DNA from: an uncultured virus (IMG/VR IMGVR_UViG_3300049448_000779)
Taxonomy: Duplodnaviria > Heunggongvirae > Uroviricota > Caudoviricetes
IMG/VR virus record: IMGVR_UViG_3300049448_000779
DNA length: 64,000 nucleotides
Strand: one strand, 5' to 3'
Both the position numbers and the translations under genes were made by a program. Below are positions 1-10,504 of the stretch, piece after piece. The notes under the pieces are model-generated. The model saw only the letters and a program-made list of their open reading frames with translations. It did not search any database and was not told the origin of the DNA. Every line of letters begins with the position of its first letter. Position 1 is the stretch's first letter.

Positions 1-606
1 ATGCCCAAACAGGCGCGCCCCCTATTGGAGATCGAGGTTGTACGGCTCACCCGCGGCGCATCGGCGCGCGATAGGGCGTTGGTCTGGTGCTGCCTGGGCG
101 CGGGCGTACGGGCTGCTGAAGCCGCGAATCTGCGCTGCGGGGACGTGGGCGAGGACGGGGCGGTCCTGGTGCGCGATGGCAAGGGCGGCGAGCCGCGGAT
201 CGTCTATCTCTCAGGCCAAGCCATGGAGGCGGTCTCACAGCACCGTGTGACGCTCGAATACCGCGAGGATGACGACCCGTTGTTCCCGTCGAGGAAGCGG
301 GGCAAGGGGCGTCCCAAGCCCATGAACCCGACCTCCGCGGTCGACCTGATCAAGGCCCTGATGGTGCGCAACGGGATCTCGAACGCCTCATCGCACTCCC
401 TGCGGCGTACGCACGCTCAAGCTCTCGAGGAGCGGGGCGTAAGCCCGCGCATCATTCAACGGCAGCTCGGGCACAAGCGTCTCGAGACAACCACAGAATA
501 CCTCGCCGCGTACCCTCCTGGACACCGCGAGGCTGTGCGCAAGCTGGAGTTCGACGACAGCCGCAACGTTGACCCCAACGGCGGTGGCGATAAGCCCCGG
601 GCGTAG
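1..606 (+). CDS. Tyrosine recombinase/integrase, essentially catalytic domain only
   Basis: R (GVRAAEA), K (DGKGG), HxxR (SHSLRR), LGH and Y (TTTEY) motifs in the expected order; 201 aa. Confidence 0.9.
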   Translation: MPKQARPLLEIEVVRLTRGASARDRALVWCCLGAGVRAAEAANLRCGDVGEDGAVLVRDGKGGEPRIVYLSGQAMEAVSQHRVTLEYREDDDPLFPSRKRGKGRPKPMNPTSAVDLIKALMVRNGISNASSHSLRRTHAQALEERGVSPRIIQRQLGHKRLETTTEYLAAYPPGHREAVRKLEFDDSRNVDPNGGGDKPRA

Positions 607-972
607 ACTTGTGATTGACCCTACAGCTCCTGGACCGGGCGCCAGGTAGCAAGCACGTCGTCGGCGTTGAGCCGATCCTCGGCGTAGTGTCGCTCAAAAG
701 CTTCGCGCACTAGACGCGGCGACGACGCGATCACGATTGAGAGCGCAGCCCCTACATCCTCGGGCTTAGCGCACTTAAGTCCGCTGAGCACTGCATGCAG
801 AAACTGCGCACCCACTCGCATTGTGGCAGGTGTGTCAACTGTCGGTATAGGTGGGGTGAACATGCCCCCACTATCGATCGCATTTTTGCTGGCGCCAAGC
901 CTTGACTTACTCAACACCCCCGTAAGGGCTTGACCTTTGACGTAGCTTGTGATGAACGGCGCTCAGCGCCAG

Positions 973-1149
973 TCAACAAGGGTCGTCGATAGGCTCATCA
1001 ACATCGGCCTGCGTGTAGCCAGTCAAGATCACAGGTCGGTACCTGGAGAGCTTCTCATCCCGACACTTCTGACATACCCTACACAGGTAGATGTGTTGGG
1101 CATCGTACTCGGGCCATGACTCACCAGGTGGGCACTCGTGTTCGGGCAT
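973..1149 (-). CDS. Small Cys-containing hypothetical protein (58 aa, not in ORF track)
   Basis: Manual translation MPEHECPPGESWPEYDAQHIYLCRVCQKCRDEKLSRYRP...DDPC*. Confidence 0.55.
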   Translation of the reverse strand: MPEHECPPGESWPEYDAQHIYLCRVCQKCRDEKLSRYRPVILTGYTQADVDEPIDDPC

Positions 1150-1426
1150 TGCCCAACTCTAGCAGATGCGAGCGAGCCATTGACAATCCTTGCAGCGACA
1201 CTTTTCTCTTGACTTTGGAATTAGAAGATACCCACTGCGCAGTTTCCTTCACGCCCCCCGCACAATACTAATGATGTGTCAACACTTGACTTACGGATTT
1301 TCCCTAACCGACGCCTCGTGAGCTTTTTCCAGAACTCGCCCGCACGCGGGCTTGACTTTGGGGTATCGGGACCTGGGGGTTGAGATCGGGGATCGGACCA
1401 TGGCGCCTGCGGCGCAGGTCTGTCCC

Positions 1427-1577
1427 GTGCCCCGAGCGTAGTGCCCCGAGCGGTGCCCCGAGCGTAGTGCCCCGAGCGTAGTGCCCCGAGCGTAGTGCCC
1501 CGAGCGTAGTGCTCCGAGCGGTGCCTTGCTCCGAGCGTAGTGCGCTCGTAGTGCTCCGAGCGTAGTGCCCGAGCGCG
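1427..1577. repeat. Tandem ~14-bp repeat (GTGCCCCGAGCGTA), ~11 copies, degenerating rightwards
   Basis: Directly visible; lies in an apparently non-coding interval. Confidence 0.95.
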
Positions 1578-2812
1578 CACGTCAATGGACCTTGGCGCAA
1601 CACTCAGGTATCCCTACACACGTATGCAACAGCTGCCGCTCACTCCCGATCAGGTGCAACAGCTCCTATGCATCTTTGAAACGCCCTTGCCTACCGACAC
1701 AGGCGCCGGTGTGTACACCATGACCTTTTCAGGCCGCTGTGGCACGGTCCTCCTGCACGTAGACGTAAACACCCGCACCGCTCACCTGTGCCGCCTGACC
1801 TGGGGTGAGCGTCTGCGCCTATGGTGGGCAAGCTTCGCAGAACGTCACCTGGTCAAGTGATGGCCGGCCCGTAGGGAGCGTCGTGCCCAGCGTAGGTGCC
1901 CCGTGCCGGCCATTTTGTGCCCACCCTAAACCCGCTATCGTCGCGCGCTCACCACAAGGGGGACACATGACGAATCAACCGAAGGCGAAGTGGATTTTAC
2001 GCGTACATGACGTCAGCGCTCTCGATGTATGGCTCGCTAGGGTCGGGAGCTTTATTCTCACGATCGAACCCAGGATTGGGCGAGCGTGCATTTTCGACAT
2101 ACCCGTCAGCGATATCACTTGCCGCAAGCTGTCGGTGCTCTTTGAGCGGACCAAGCCGTTCTTTGATCGCTACTACTGCCTTCCGTGCGACCAGGTAACC
2201 CTGATGCTAGCGGCAGAGTTTGAACTAGCTCGACGGCTGTGCCTCACTGCCATCACCATGGACGCCACGCCCCTCACCACGCCTCGCAGTCCCTACCAGC
2301 GTCCCGCGTTTGAATCGTTTCAGCTGAAGGACGGCGAAATCTTCGAGTGCTCCAGCTGCAGCACCGTTCACGTGCTACAGCTCGACACCGTACGTGTAGC
2401 GTGCCGCTGTGGCGCGCTGCTGGTGGTGCGCGATGGCAGACTCGTGCCCTTGCCCATCCTCGCGCGAGATTGAACCACTGGAACAGCACTCATGACCAAG
2501 GCAACGAAAGCGCTGGGTACGGATAGGCGCTGGGATATCGATGTAACGGTCAAGGCAACTTGCGCTAACTGCGGAACGCAAGTTTCAGTTCTTACATTTG
2601 AACACTGTCAGTTGGTGGCGCCGTACCCACCTGTTGTGCCGTGGTCCATGTTGGAAGGACCCAGGCAGTGTCCAAATTGTGACCCGTCCTAGCCATGCTT
2701 GGCTCAGTTATGGACGCGGACGACCCCGCACTCGATCGGACTGTGCCCGGCTTGCAAGCAGGCCTTCTGGACGTCCAAGCTCTTGAGCTGATACTCGCCG
2801 CAGGTCTGCACC

Positions 2813-3265
2813 ATGTATACCAGTAGGGCCGTGACCATCAACGTCAAGACGCTACCAAACGCCAACACGTTCGTGTTCATGGCTCGAGCTACACCAGGGC
2901 GGTGCCCAGCCAGCGCGCCGCACGCAGTGCCCACTATGACGAAACGATACCCAAGCGCAGCATCCCTCGCCGAGATCCCGCCGATTGATCCAGATACCGC
3001 ACGCATTTTTCACGGCAGAGGCGTGGAAGCGCGGGCCAATGTGCAGGCGTTCCTAGCCGCAGTGCGCGGCTCGGGCAGTAAGAGCCGATCGCTACGGCTT
3101 CCAGACGAGGCATGGGCCAGGCTCGAATCGCGCGCCCTTCAGCGCAAGATGCCGCTGTCCAAGCTGTTGCGCTGGATCGTGGCGGAGTACCTCTACACCA
3201 GCTCAGCCGCCGAGCGTCGCGCAGCGGCGCCCAAGCGAGCCGCCAAGCGAGCCGCCAAGCGCTGA
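2813..3265 (+). CDS. Ribbon-helix-helix (CopG-like) DNA-binding protein with basic KRAA tail; true start probably ~2937
   Basis: SRSLRLPDEAWARLESRALQRKMPLSKLLRWIV fits the RHH beta-alpha-alpha pattern. Confidence 0.55.
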   Translation: MYTSRAVTINVKTLPNANTFVFMARATPGRCPASAPHAVPTMTKRYPSAASLAEIPPIDPDTARIFHGRGVEARANVQAFLAAVRGSGSKSRSLRLPDEAWARLESRALQRKMPLSKLLRWIVAEYLYTSSAAERRAAAPKRAAKRAAKR

Positions 3266-3307
3266 CTTCCCATGGGGCGGAAGTCGCCGCTTGCACGTAG
3301 TACTCGT

Positions 3308-3472
3308 GCCGAGATCTCCAGGCGTCCCGATGCCTTTTGCGAGGGGGATCGATGGCATAGTTCGCTCCGCCGAAATCTCAAGGCGTCTCGGTGCCCTTTG
3401 TGAGTAAGGGGAGCTGTACTCGACAGCATCCACGTCGCCGAGATCTCAGGGCGTCTCGATGCCTTTTGCCAT
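3308..3472. repeat. Three imperfect 36-bp direct repeats separated by 25- and 32-bp unique sequence
   Basis: Copies at 3308-3343, 3369-3404 and 3437-3472 (consensus GCCGAGATCTCAAGGCGTCTCGATGCCTTTTGCGAG). Confidence 0.85.
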
Positions 3473-4613
3473 CAATGCAGCACTCACAGCGCGATTGCGC
3501 TGCCCGTTCGAGCGGTGTTCCTCACGAGCCGCTCGATAAAACAGGCCCTCATTCCAGAGTAGTTCACGCTCCTCGTCCTTACCGAGGGAGGCCGCCGGTA
3601 TGCCCGTCGCCGATCCGTGCATCGGACATGGGTAGGCTGCCAGTACCAGCATGCGCTGCGCGAGTTCCTCGCGGAAGCGATCGTCGTAGCCCCAGTCGAT
3701 TAGACACCCACAGCTGTGTTCAAGGGGCAGCCAATACAGTACCTCTGGGGGCGTCATGGTTGGGCAGCTTACCGGGCTTCCAGCTCGTTGGCACGCCTAC
3801 TCCTCGGGAGCGTCACTCCCATAGAGCCTTGACCCAGGAATAATTCGCCTCCTTGACGCGGCCTAACTCCGGCAAGGTTATGAATGCGCCCACGTACATG
3901 CCCAGCGATCGGTTGCGCTGATCCTCAGGCTTGACTTTTGCTGGGCTCAGAAACTACGAGGAAACCACATGCCCAAGCTCGAGCCCATTTGGCAGGAGAT
4001 CTTCAGCGCGGAGTTTCTGGGCAAGGTCCGAGATCTTCTGGCCGCCGCCCGTGATGTTGTCTACTACTCGCGCAACGGCGAGCCAGGGCGAGGCATCGAG
4101 CGGCTAGGCACAGCCATTGAAGCGCTCGACGCAGGGCTGTCTGGCATGGTTCGGCGCGAGTGAGGGGCCGCAAGTAATCCAGAATGCCGCAGGTCGCGCC
4201 TTTCCCACTCGACGAACTTGAAGCCGCTCATATCCAGACTCCCATGAGCTGCGGTTCGTCATGCACGCTGCGGTCCAGGAACTTCGTGCGCGGATAGGTC
4301 TTATTGACCCAGGCCTGAGCCCCCTCCAGGGTTGGGAAAAATACGCACCCCTGGGCGGGCGTTACCTTTGGGCCAAGCTGGCTGTAGAAGGCGCGCAGCA
4401 CGTAGAAGAGTGGCCAGTCCTTCGGGCGCTCGTACAGCGCGATAACCATCACCTCGTCCCATGCGGGCTTGCGCCATGGGGGAAAGAGGTCAATCGTGGC
4501 GCTAGACCTAGCTCGAGTGCTCGTGCCCTTGGTGCCGTTGGTTCGGTTACCCACTGTCACCATCCCTCATCGACCAGTAACGCTTGACACCCTAGGGGCG
4601 CAAGGTTCCACTC

Positions 4614-5024
4614 GTGAGCGTGGCAACCATTGAGCACATTGGAGACCTTCGATTGCTAGTCAACGGCAAGAGCCATGGCTCCCCGGTGGTCAGCGTGACG
4701 CTGGCAGCGAACGGCTTGCCGATCGCGACCGCCTCGATCGACCACTTTGGTTCGCACTGGTGGGTCACGCGCGTCCTCGTCCAACTCCCCTGGCGCCGCC
4801 AGGGTCTAGGCTCCACGGTGCTCCTGCGAGCCTTGCAAGAGACAGCCAAGGACATCGGTGACGGGGCTGCGGCGCACGGGGCTGCGGCGCAAGAAGTCTG
4901 GGTTGTCCCCGGGGGCTACGACATGGACGAAGCTCAGCAGCGCGCGTTCTACCTCAAGCATGGCTTCGAGCCGCAGTTCCGCGATGGTGGCGAGGTGCTT
5001 GTCTGGAGCCCGTCCAAGCGTTGA
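4614..5024 (+). CDS. GNAT-family acetyltransferase
   Basis: Motif A V..PWRRQGLGSTVL and C-terminal AFYLKHGF. Confidence 0.75.
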   Translation: MSVATIEHIGDLRLLVNGKSHGSPVVSVTLAANGLPIATASIDHFGSHWWVTRVLVQLPWRRQGLGSTVLLRALQETAKDIGDGAAAHGAAAQEVWVVPGGYDMDEAQQRAFYLKHGFEPQFRDGGEVLVWSPSKR

Positions 5025-5255
5025 AGGCCTCATTGGCTCAGCTCGTTCGCTGCAGCGATAATGTAGCCAATCGAGGCCAAGGCCGTCATGAGCCAGCAAA
5101 CCCTTCGGCAACTACGGGCGTATCGCTCGGCGCGTACGTGCCTTTCGTGCTCGAGTCTGGCCCTGTGTATTACGCCGTTTCGCCAGGCCTCGATCTCTTG
5201 ATCTGTCTTCATCTCTTACGCGCCCCGGTTGCCCCGGCTTGGTGTAGATCGCTCC

Positions 5256-5393
5256 ATGGATAATCACGACTACTCTTGGCTGGGCGATCTCTTGGGAGAC
5301 TTAGTTGACATCATCGAGGGTCCTAGAGGCCTCCTAGTCATCGTACTCGGGATCCTTGTCGTGATTGGGGTCGCGTATGCCTTCTGGGGATAA
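5256..5393 (+). CDS. Small membrane protein (45 aa, not in ORF track), paralog of 7358-7489
   Basis: MDNHDYSWLGDLLGDLVDIIEGPRGLLVIVLGILVVIGVAYAFWG; preceded by GGTGTAG-N8. Confidence 0.75.
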   Translation: MDNHDYSWLGDLLGDLVDIIEGPRGLLVIVLGILVVIGVAYAFWG

Positions 5394-5943
5394 GCTGGCT
5401 GATATTTGGACCGGGGCCAGACGAGCTATTGCGCGGGTATGTGGGCTACCCTATCCCCCGGCCCGCATCCAGCACCCGTCAGTCCCGACAGGTTGGCCCG
5501 TCCTTGACACCCTGATAGGCATCGGTGGCTACCCAGAGCATCGCCTCACCCATATCCATGGCTCGGTCCAGCAGACCTTTGAGCTGACCCGCGATTGGGG
5601 GACCGTCGTGAGAATCGCCACGCTCAACGAACTCATGCATCTTCATCCCAAAGCCAAAGGCCAACGCCTCGTTGTTGACTGCACTGCCCTGCAGGAAACC
5701 GAGACTCAGGCACGCTACTCGCTAGTGGTGCACCGCTTTCAGGGCACGATGCCCTCAACGGTTCTCTGGCTGACCGCTGGCCCCGTGGAAGCTCTACCCA
5801 AGGCTCTCAAGTTTTGCGCCTACCTGAGACTCGAGTGCTGGGACAACCAAGTTCGAGTTGTCAAGAACATGACGTCCCCCAACCAAGGCTGCTCGGTCTC
5901 GCTCCCCTGGCTTGGTGGTAACGACGGTTCCAAGGGAGTCTAG
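5365..5943 (+). CDS. Degenerate RecA-like protein lacking Walker A
   Basis: PTGWPVLDTLIGIGGYP, KALKFCAYLRLE and VRVVKN match RecA motifs; GPESSGKT is replaced by HGSVQQT. Confidence 0.65.
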   Translation: MGSRMPSGDKLADIWTGARRAIARVCGLPYPPARIQHPSVPTGWPVLDTLIGIGGYPEHRLTHIHGSVQQTFELTRDWGTVVRIATLNELMHLHPKAKGQRLVVDCTALQETETQARYSLVVHRFQGTMPSTVLWLTAGPVEALPKALKFCAYLRLECWDNQVRVVKNMTSPNQGCSVSLPWLGGNDGSKGV

Positions 5944-7357
5944 GTGGTGATGATAGCGCTTCTGCTATGCCTGCTGTTCGGTCACAAGCGCGTTGACGTG
6001 ACGGGCAGCTGTATCAGGTGCCACACCGTGCCTGGTGATGAGTTCGCGCCGTGAACCAAACGGATAGGAGTGCTGAGTCACCCGGTCGGGGTGACTCACG
6101 GCTTGCCTAGTCAACGATGGCTAGCTCTCGGGACCCTCGGTTTCGTGGTGTTCGTCCTCACCCCAAAAAGGCTTCGTGATCACGATGAAAGCCAACACGA
6201 GATAGAATTTGATCTTCTGTACCATTGCGCACCCCCATGGATTGTGACCCCTCAGCGCGGCGGATGCGAGCAGCGTAGAGCTTGGAAGGTCCCACGCACT
6301 TGATCCTTGAGGTGTTCGAGCAGCGGCTCTAAGTTGGCTCTCTCACGCCCTGCCAGGGATAGGCTCTGAGCCGCCTTGAATCCGGCTTCGAATCCCAGTT
6401 CGAACATCTCTACCACGCACCGCTCTACTGCGTCATCCGAGCTGTCCATCAGTCCCATCTATCACGGAACTAGCCGCGCTCAACAGTGGGGGATTTGACT
6501 ATGGTGGCGCGCCCGCAGGTCATGTCCAGACCCGGTGTGGGTAGCTTAGCGTTAGAGTCCATGACTTAGGGGGTCTAGAGCAGCGCGCTAGAGTCTCTGT
6601 TCACGCCATGCGGCTCAGTTGTCTCGTCACCCGGCCAAGCGCCTCCTCCGATAACGAAGTGGGGCGGGCCGTTCAGAACGGGAGCTGGTGCATCCGAGCA
6701 CAGATCTTGGTAAGCGCGCACGACGGGGGCTAGGATCACCTTGATTGCTGCCAAGCGCTCTCGCTCTTGGAGTAGCTCGCGCCGTAACGTGAAGCGCTCA
6801 AGATCGTGTGCAGTGAGGCAGCTCTGCAGTTCCTCCTCCAACTCCACAACCTTGGTCTCCATGGTCTCTAGCCGGCTGCGAGTCTCATCATGCCCTGCCC
6901 GCTCCATAGCCAGCTTGCTTCTGATGGTGTCGCACGATCCAAGCGCCTCAATGGCCGCAGAGAGTGCCCTAGGAAGGGGTTGTCTGCTATCCTTCGTCTC
7001 GCGCTGCTTCTCTCGAAGCACTTGGATGTGAGCACTTGTTTCTGCATGCATTCGAACCTCCGGGGCGCTATTCAAGCACGTGCTCTTGAGTCTTGCTACT
7101 GCCGGTGCCATCCTTACTGCCCGGCGCCGTTCATTCTCTATGACTACAAAGCCAGCCAAAGATGAGGTCGTCTACACATGGGCCTCTGACCTGCTCGTAC
7201 ACTTGGATCGGTATCGGCTCACCGTGGCCGCGAGGCTGACGGTGACTTGCCGCCTAAGTCAGGATGCCAAGGCAGCGCTCGAAGAGGGTGTGCAGCGCAC
7301 CATCTTGAGTGCTATCGACACCAACCATAGTGATTAGCCCGGGTGTAGTTCGTCTCC

Positions 7358-7489
7358 ATGAGCGACGATGATCACTCCTGGCTAGAAGACCTCTTAGAAG
7401 ACCTATTCGACTTCATCGAAAACCCGCGAAGCCTTTGGGTCGCGGTCCTCATTGCGGTGTTGATGATCGCGTATGCGATCTGGAGGTAG
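7358..7489 (+). CDS. Small membrane protein (43 aa, not in ORF track)
   Basis: MSDDDHSWLEDLLEDLFDFIENPRSLWVAVLIAVLMIAYAIWR; preceded by GGTGTAG-N9. Confidence 0.75.
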   Translation: MSDDDHSWLEDLLEDLFDFIENPRSLWVAVLIAVLMIAYAIWR

Positions 7490-7756
7490 TGTATGGGTCA
7501 CACGTGTCATTGGCCTGGGTGCACCACGGAGGTCCCCCCGCGCCTGTGGGGGTGTCGACAACATTGGTTCAAGTTGCCCAAGCTCTTTCGCGACGAGATT
7601 TGGCGCGAGTACCGGCCGGGCCAGGAGGTCACGAAGACCCCGAGCGAGCGTTACCTACTGGTGGCCCGCCTAGTTCAGGGGTGGATTGAAGGCAAGGTCA
7701 AGATCCGTCCAGACGGGGAGGGGTTCGACGTCTTGGAGAACCTGCGACTGTGATCG

Positions 7757-8161
7757 TCAAAGAGTGATGAACATGCGGGGCGAGACACCGAAGACCCGGC
7801 CGAAATTGCGTGCGTGCTCAATCGTAATCTGGCGTTCACCAGAGAGGATATTGGAGAGGTGGGACGGGGAGATCCCCATCTGTTCAGCAATGAGCCGCTT
7901 GGGCAATCGCCGCTCCTCAACGAGGTGCTGAAGCACTTCAAGGGGTGTCGAGGTGGGGATCGAAAGGAGCTTGTCCTCGTACTGCTGGATCAGATTCGCG
8001 AGAAGATCGATCAGCTCTTCGTACGCAGGCGCTGGATTCTTGAAGTGCTCCGCCATTAGGCGTTCGACGGCCGCAAGGGCACGCTCGTGCTGCACCGCAT
8101 CGCGAATCACGCGCGGCTGCACTGCCTGCAAAAGGCTCCCGTAGTCAGGATCTGCGCTCAT
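7757..8161 (-). CDS. higA: HigA-like antitoxin / XRE HTH protein
   Basis: PRVIRD...HERAL...LLANLIQQYED N-domain, plus HTH ending SNILSGERQITIEHARNFGRVFGVSP, typical of HigA. Confidence 0.8.
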   Translation of the reverse strand: MSADPDYGSLLQAVQPRVIRDAVQHERALAAVERLMAEHFKNPAPAYEELIDLLANLIQQYEDKLLSIPTSTPLEVLQHLVEERRLPKRLIAEQMGISPSHLSNILSGERQITIEHARNFGRVFGVSPRMFITL

Positions 8162-8426
8162 CCGACGGCGACCTTTCCAGGGGTCTGCGCGGCTGCGGCC
8201 ATCAGCTCCTCGACATCTGACAACTGAACGACGTCGCCGATATCGATCACGTACTTGATGGTCACCCCGATGCCGCGATCCGGCATGGCGACCATCGTGG
8301 TGTGCACGTGAGTCCGCGTTTTCAGCGTGTGGAACGCGTCGTCGCCCAGCACCTTTAGGAACGCCTTGGTGAATGCTTCGAAGCCAGCGCGGTAGGCGCG
8401 CGTTTCGTTATCGTCCACATCGGTCG

Positions 8427-9092
8427 TCATGCTTGTTGCCTTTCGTTGCAATCCCACACACCGATGAAGTTGTCTTCGGGGTTGAATGCGCGCGAGACCA
8501 ACCAGGGAAACGTGTATTCCTGGTGGGGCAGATTGAGAATGGGCTTTCCCCGGTGCACCCCCTTGTTGCCCACGAAGATGTAGCGACTCGTGCGCAGGAT
8601 CTCTTCCTCCTTGACGCCGTAGACGCTGCCCTTCCGGTGGTGCTGACGTGGGTTGTACCTGTGCGTCACCCAGGCGGCGATCACGACGCTCGGGTTATGG
8701 TGCTTGATCGCCTCTTCGGCCGACATCGTCTGCACGTCTGGGCCGTACTGGACCAAGCCTTGCTGGATTGTCTGGTAATAGGTCTGGACCTCGGGCCACG
8801 TTTGAATCTTGTTGTCGGTCCCGGGTATCGAGAGCGCTTCTGCGAGCACCCCATTGCCGGATCCGATCTCGATCGCGGTCTCCCCTACGATCTTCTGCTT
8901 TAGCCACTCTTGCAGCTCCAGGGTGGGCACCACGTAGATGCCGTGGCGGACACAGAAGACCATGATCTCGAGCTGGCTGAACCGCTGCCAGAAGCTACTT
9001 GAATGGACCACGAGCCGCCCGCGCTCGAAGGCTCCCATCGTGGCTGGGTCTTGCACGATCTCGTCCTTTGAGATGAATCGGAAGTCGGTCAT
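8427..9092 (-). CDS. Putative SAM-dependent methyltransferase-like phage protein
   Basis: Motif I AIEIGSGNGVLA. Confidence 0.55.
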   Translation of the reverse strand: MTDFRFISKDEIVQDPATMGAFERGRLVVHSSSFWQRFSQLEIMVFCVRHGIYVVPTLELQEWLKQKIVGETAIEIGSGNGVLAEALSIPGTDNKIQTWPEVQTYYQTIQQGLVQYGPDVQTMSAEEAIKHHNPSVVIAAWVTHRYNPRQHHRKGSVYGVKEEEILRTSRYIFVGNKGVHRGKPILNLPHQEYTFPWLVSRAFNPEDNFIGVWDCNERQQA

Positions 9093-9967
9093 CGTATGTT
9101 CCGTGTGGGCGTGCCGTTGGTGGGCCTACTCTTACACTCGCACTTGTACTCTGGCTCCTGCAAGCGCGGCATGTTCTTGAAGGGGCGCCAGAACTCTTCC
9201 TCTTGTCGCATCGCGCGTTCCTTGGCTACTTGGAGGCCCACCTCGAACCCAAGCGAGAACATCTCCATCGCTAATTGCTCGTTCAGCTCTTGATCGTCCA
9301 TCACGTACCTCAGTGGTTATTGATGGTCAGCGGTTCTCGCTGAGCATGCTCGTACATAGCCAGCTGCAAGCGAAGCTCTGCGTTCTCCTTGGCTAGCGCT
9401 GCGCACCACTCGTGCAATTCCTGTTGCAGCGCCTGGACCTCACGCTGTTCCTCACGGGACCTGTGCCAAAGCCACAGGCTGATGGCCGAGGACACAGCGG
9501 CCACCACGAGACTGAGCAGACATCCATAGAGATGTTCAGCGCTGGGCTGAGGCTGCTGAGTTACCTGGGTCATGGCCGCGAGTAGGTTGCCCATGTTGTC
9601 CCCTTCAGTTGGATTCGCGCACGATCGCTGCCAGCACCTCGGGTATTTGCTGCTCGATCCCATCCGCGATATTGCGTAGTGCCTCAGCGACTGCCCGGTG
9701 CCCTATTTCCACCATCGCGATTGCCGGCACTTGGTCACCGGGCAAGCCGGATACGCTAGGCACTTCGATCTTGCACGAGACTCCGGACCCCTTAGGACCC
9801 CCGAAGAGCACGAGGCACCCACTGCTCGCACGCGTCTCTCGCATCACCCGAATAAGCTGCGCGTCGTATTTACCAGGGCCAATAGACATGCCGTTCATGT
9901 ACCCCACATTCGCAGGCGTTGTGAAGTGAGCCCGTGTTGGCTAGTGGGTCCTCTTATGTGAGCCACG

Positions 9968-10504
9968 CTACTCTAGCTCATGCATCTCCCTGGCTTGCTC
10001 AAGCTCCGTACGACACTCGTCTAGCGCGGCCGCCAGCGCTGGGAACTCTTGCAGCATCGCTCTAGATAGGCGCTCGAGCTTCTTACAGTGCTCGCGCACG
10101 CACGCTTGCAATACGCCAGCGTGGTGACTGATCTCTCGGCCCTTCCTGAGCAGCAGCGCAAAATCGGGATCTTCGTCTGCGGCTGTGTTGGGCACATATT
10201 TGAGCTGCAGCCGGTACCCGAGGGCCGCGCCTATCTCGGTGAGCGCTTGCACCGACACGTCCCGCAGGCCGTTGAGGAGGTCCTCAAAGACCACAGGATC
10301 GAGCCCCAGAAACTCGGCGATCCGCCGACCAGAGATTTGCCGCGCTTGTAAGATACCTCTCAAGATCCTCGCGACCTGCCCTGTCGTTGAGCCTCTCGCC
10401 CACGCCAGGTCACCGGCGCACTCGAGCTTCAGCATCGTAAAGGCTTCGGCCTCACACCCCACAGGGTCTTTCTGAAGCCATGCAATCACATTCTTCGTCG
10501 ACAT
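9968..10504 (-). CDS. XRE-family HTH protein
   Basis: ISGRRIAEFLGLDP...LLNGLRDVSVQALTEIGAALGY. Confidence 0.6.
   Translation of the reverse strand: MSTKNVIAWLQKDPVGCEAEAFTMLKLECAGDLAWARGSTTGQVARILRGILQARQISGRRIAEFLGLDPVVFEDLLNGLRDVSVQALTEIGAALGYRLQLKYVPNTAADEDPDFALLLRKGREISHHAGVLQACVREHCKKLERLSRAMLQEFPALAAALDECRTELEQAREMHELE

Noticed and set aside
3229..3262. 12-bp tandem repeat (also the 15-bp duplication at ~4861)
   Set aside because: Short in-frame coding duplications (KRAA, GAAAH) with no sign of separate function
6502..6519. Possible tRNA 3' end on the minus strand (TGGTGGCGCGCCCGCAGG)
   Set aside because: No T-arm (GTTCGA) or cloverleaf; no tRNA or rRNA gene was found in the window
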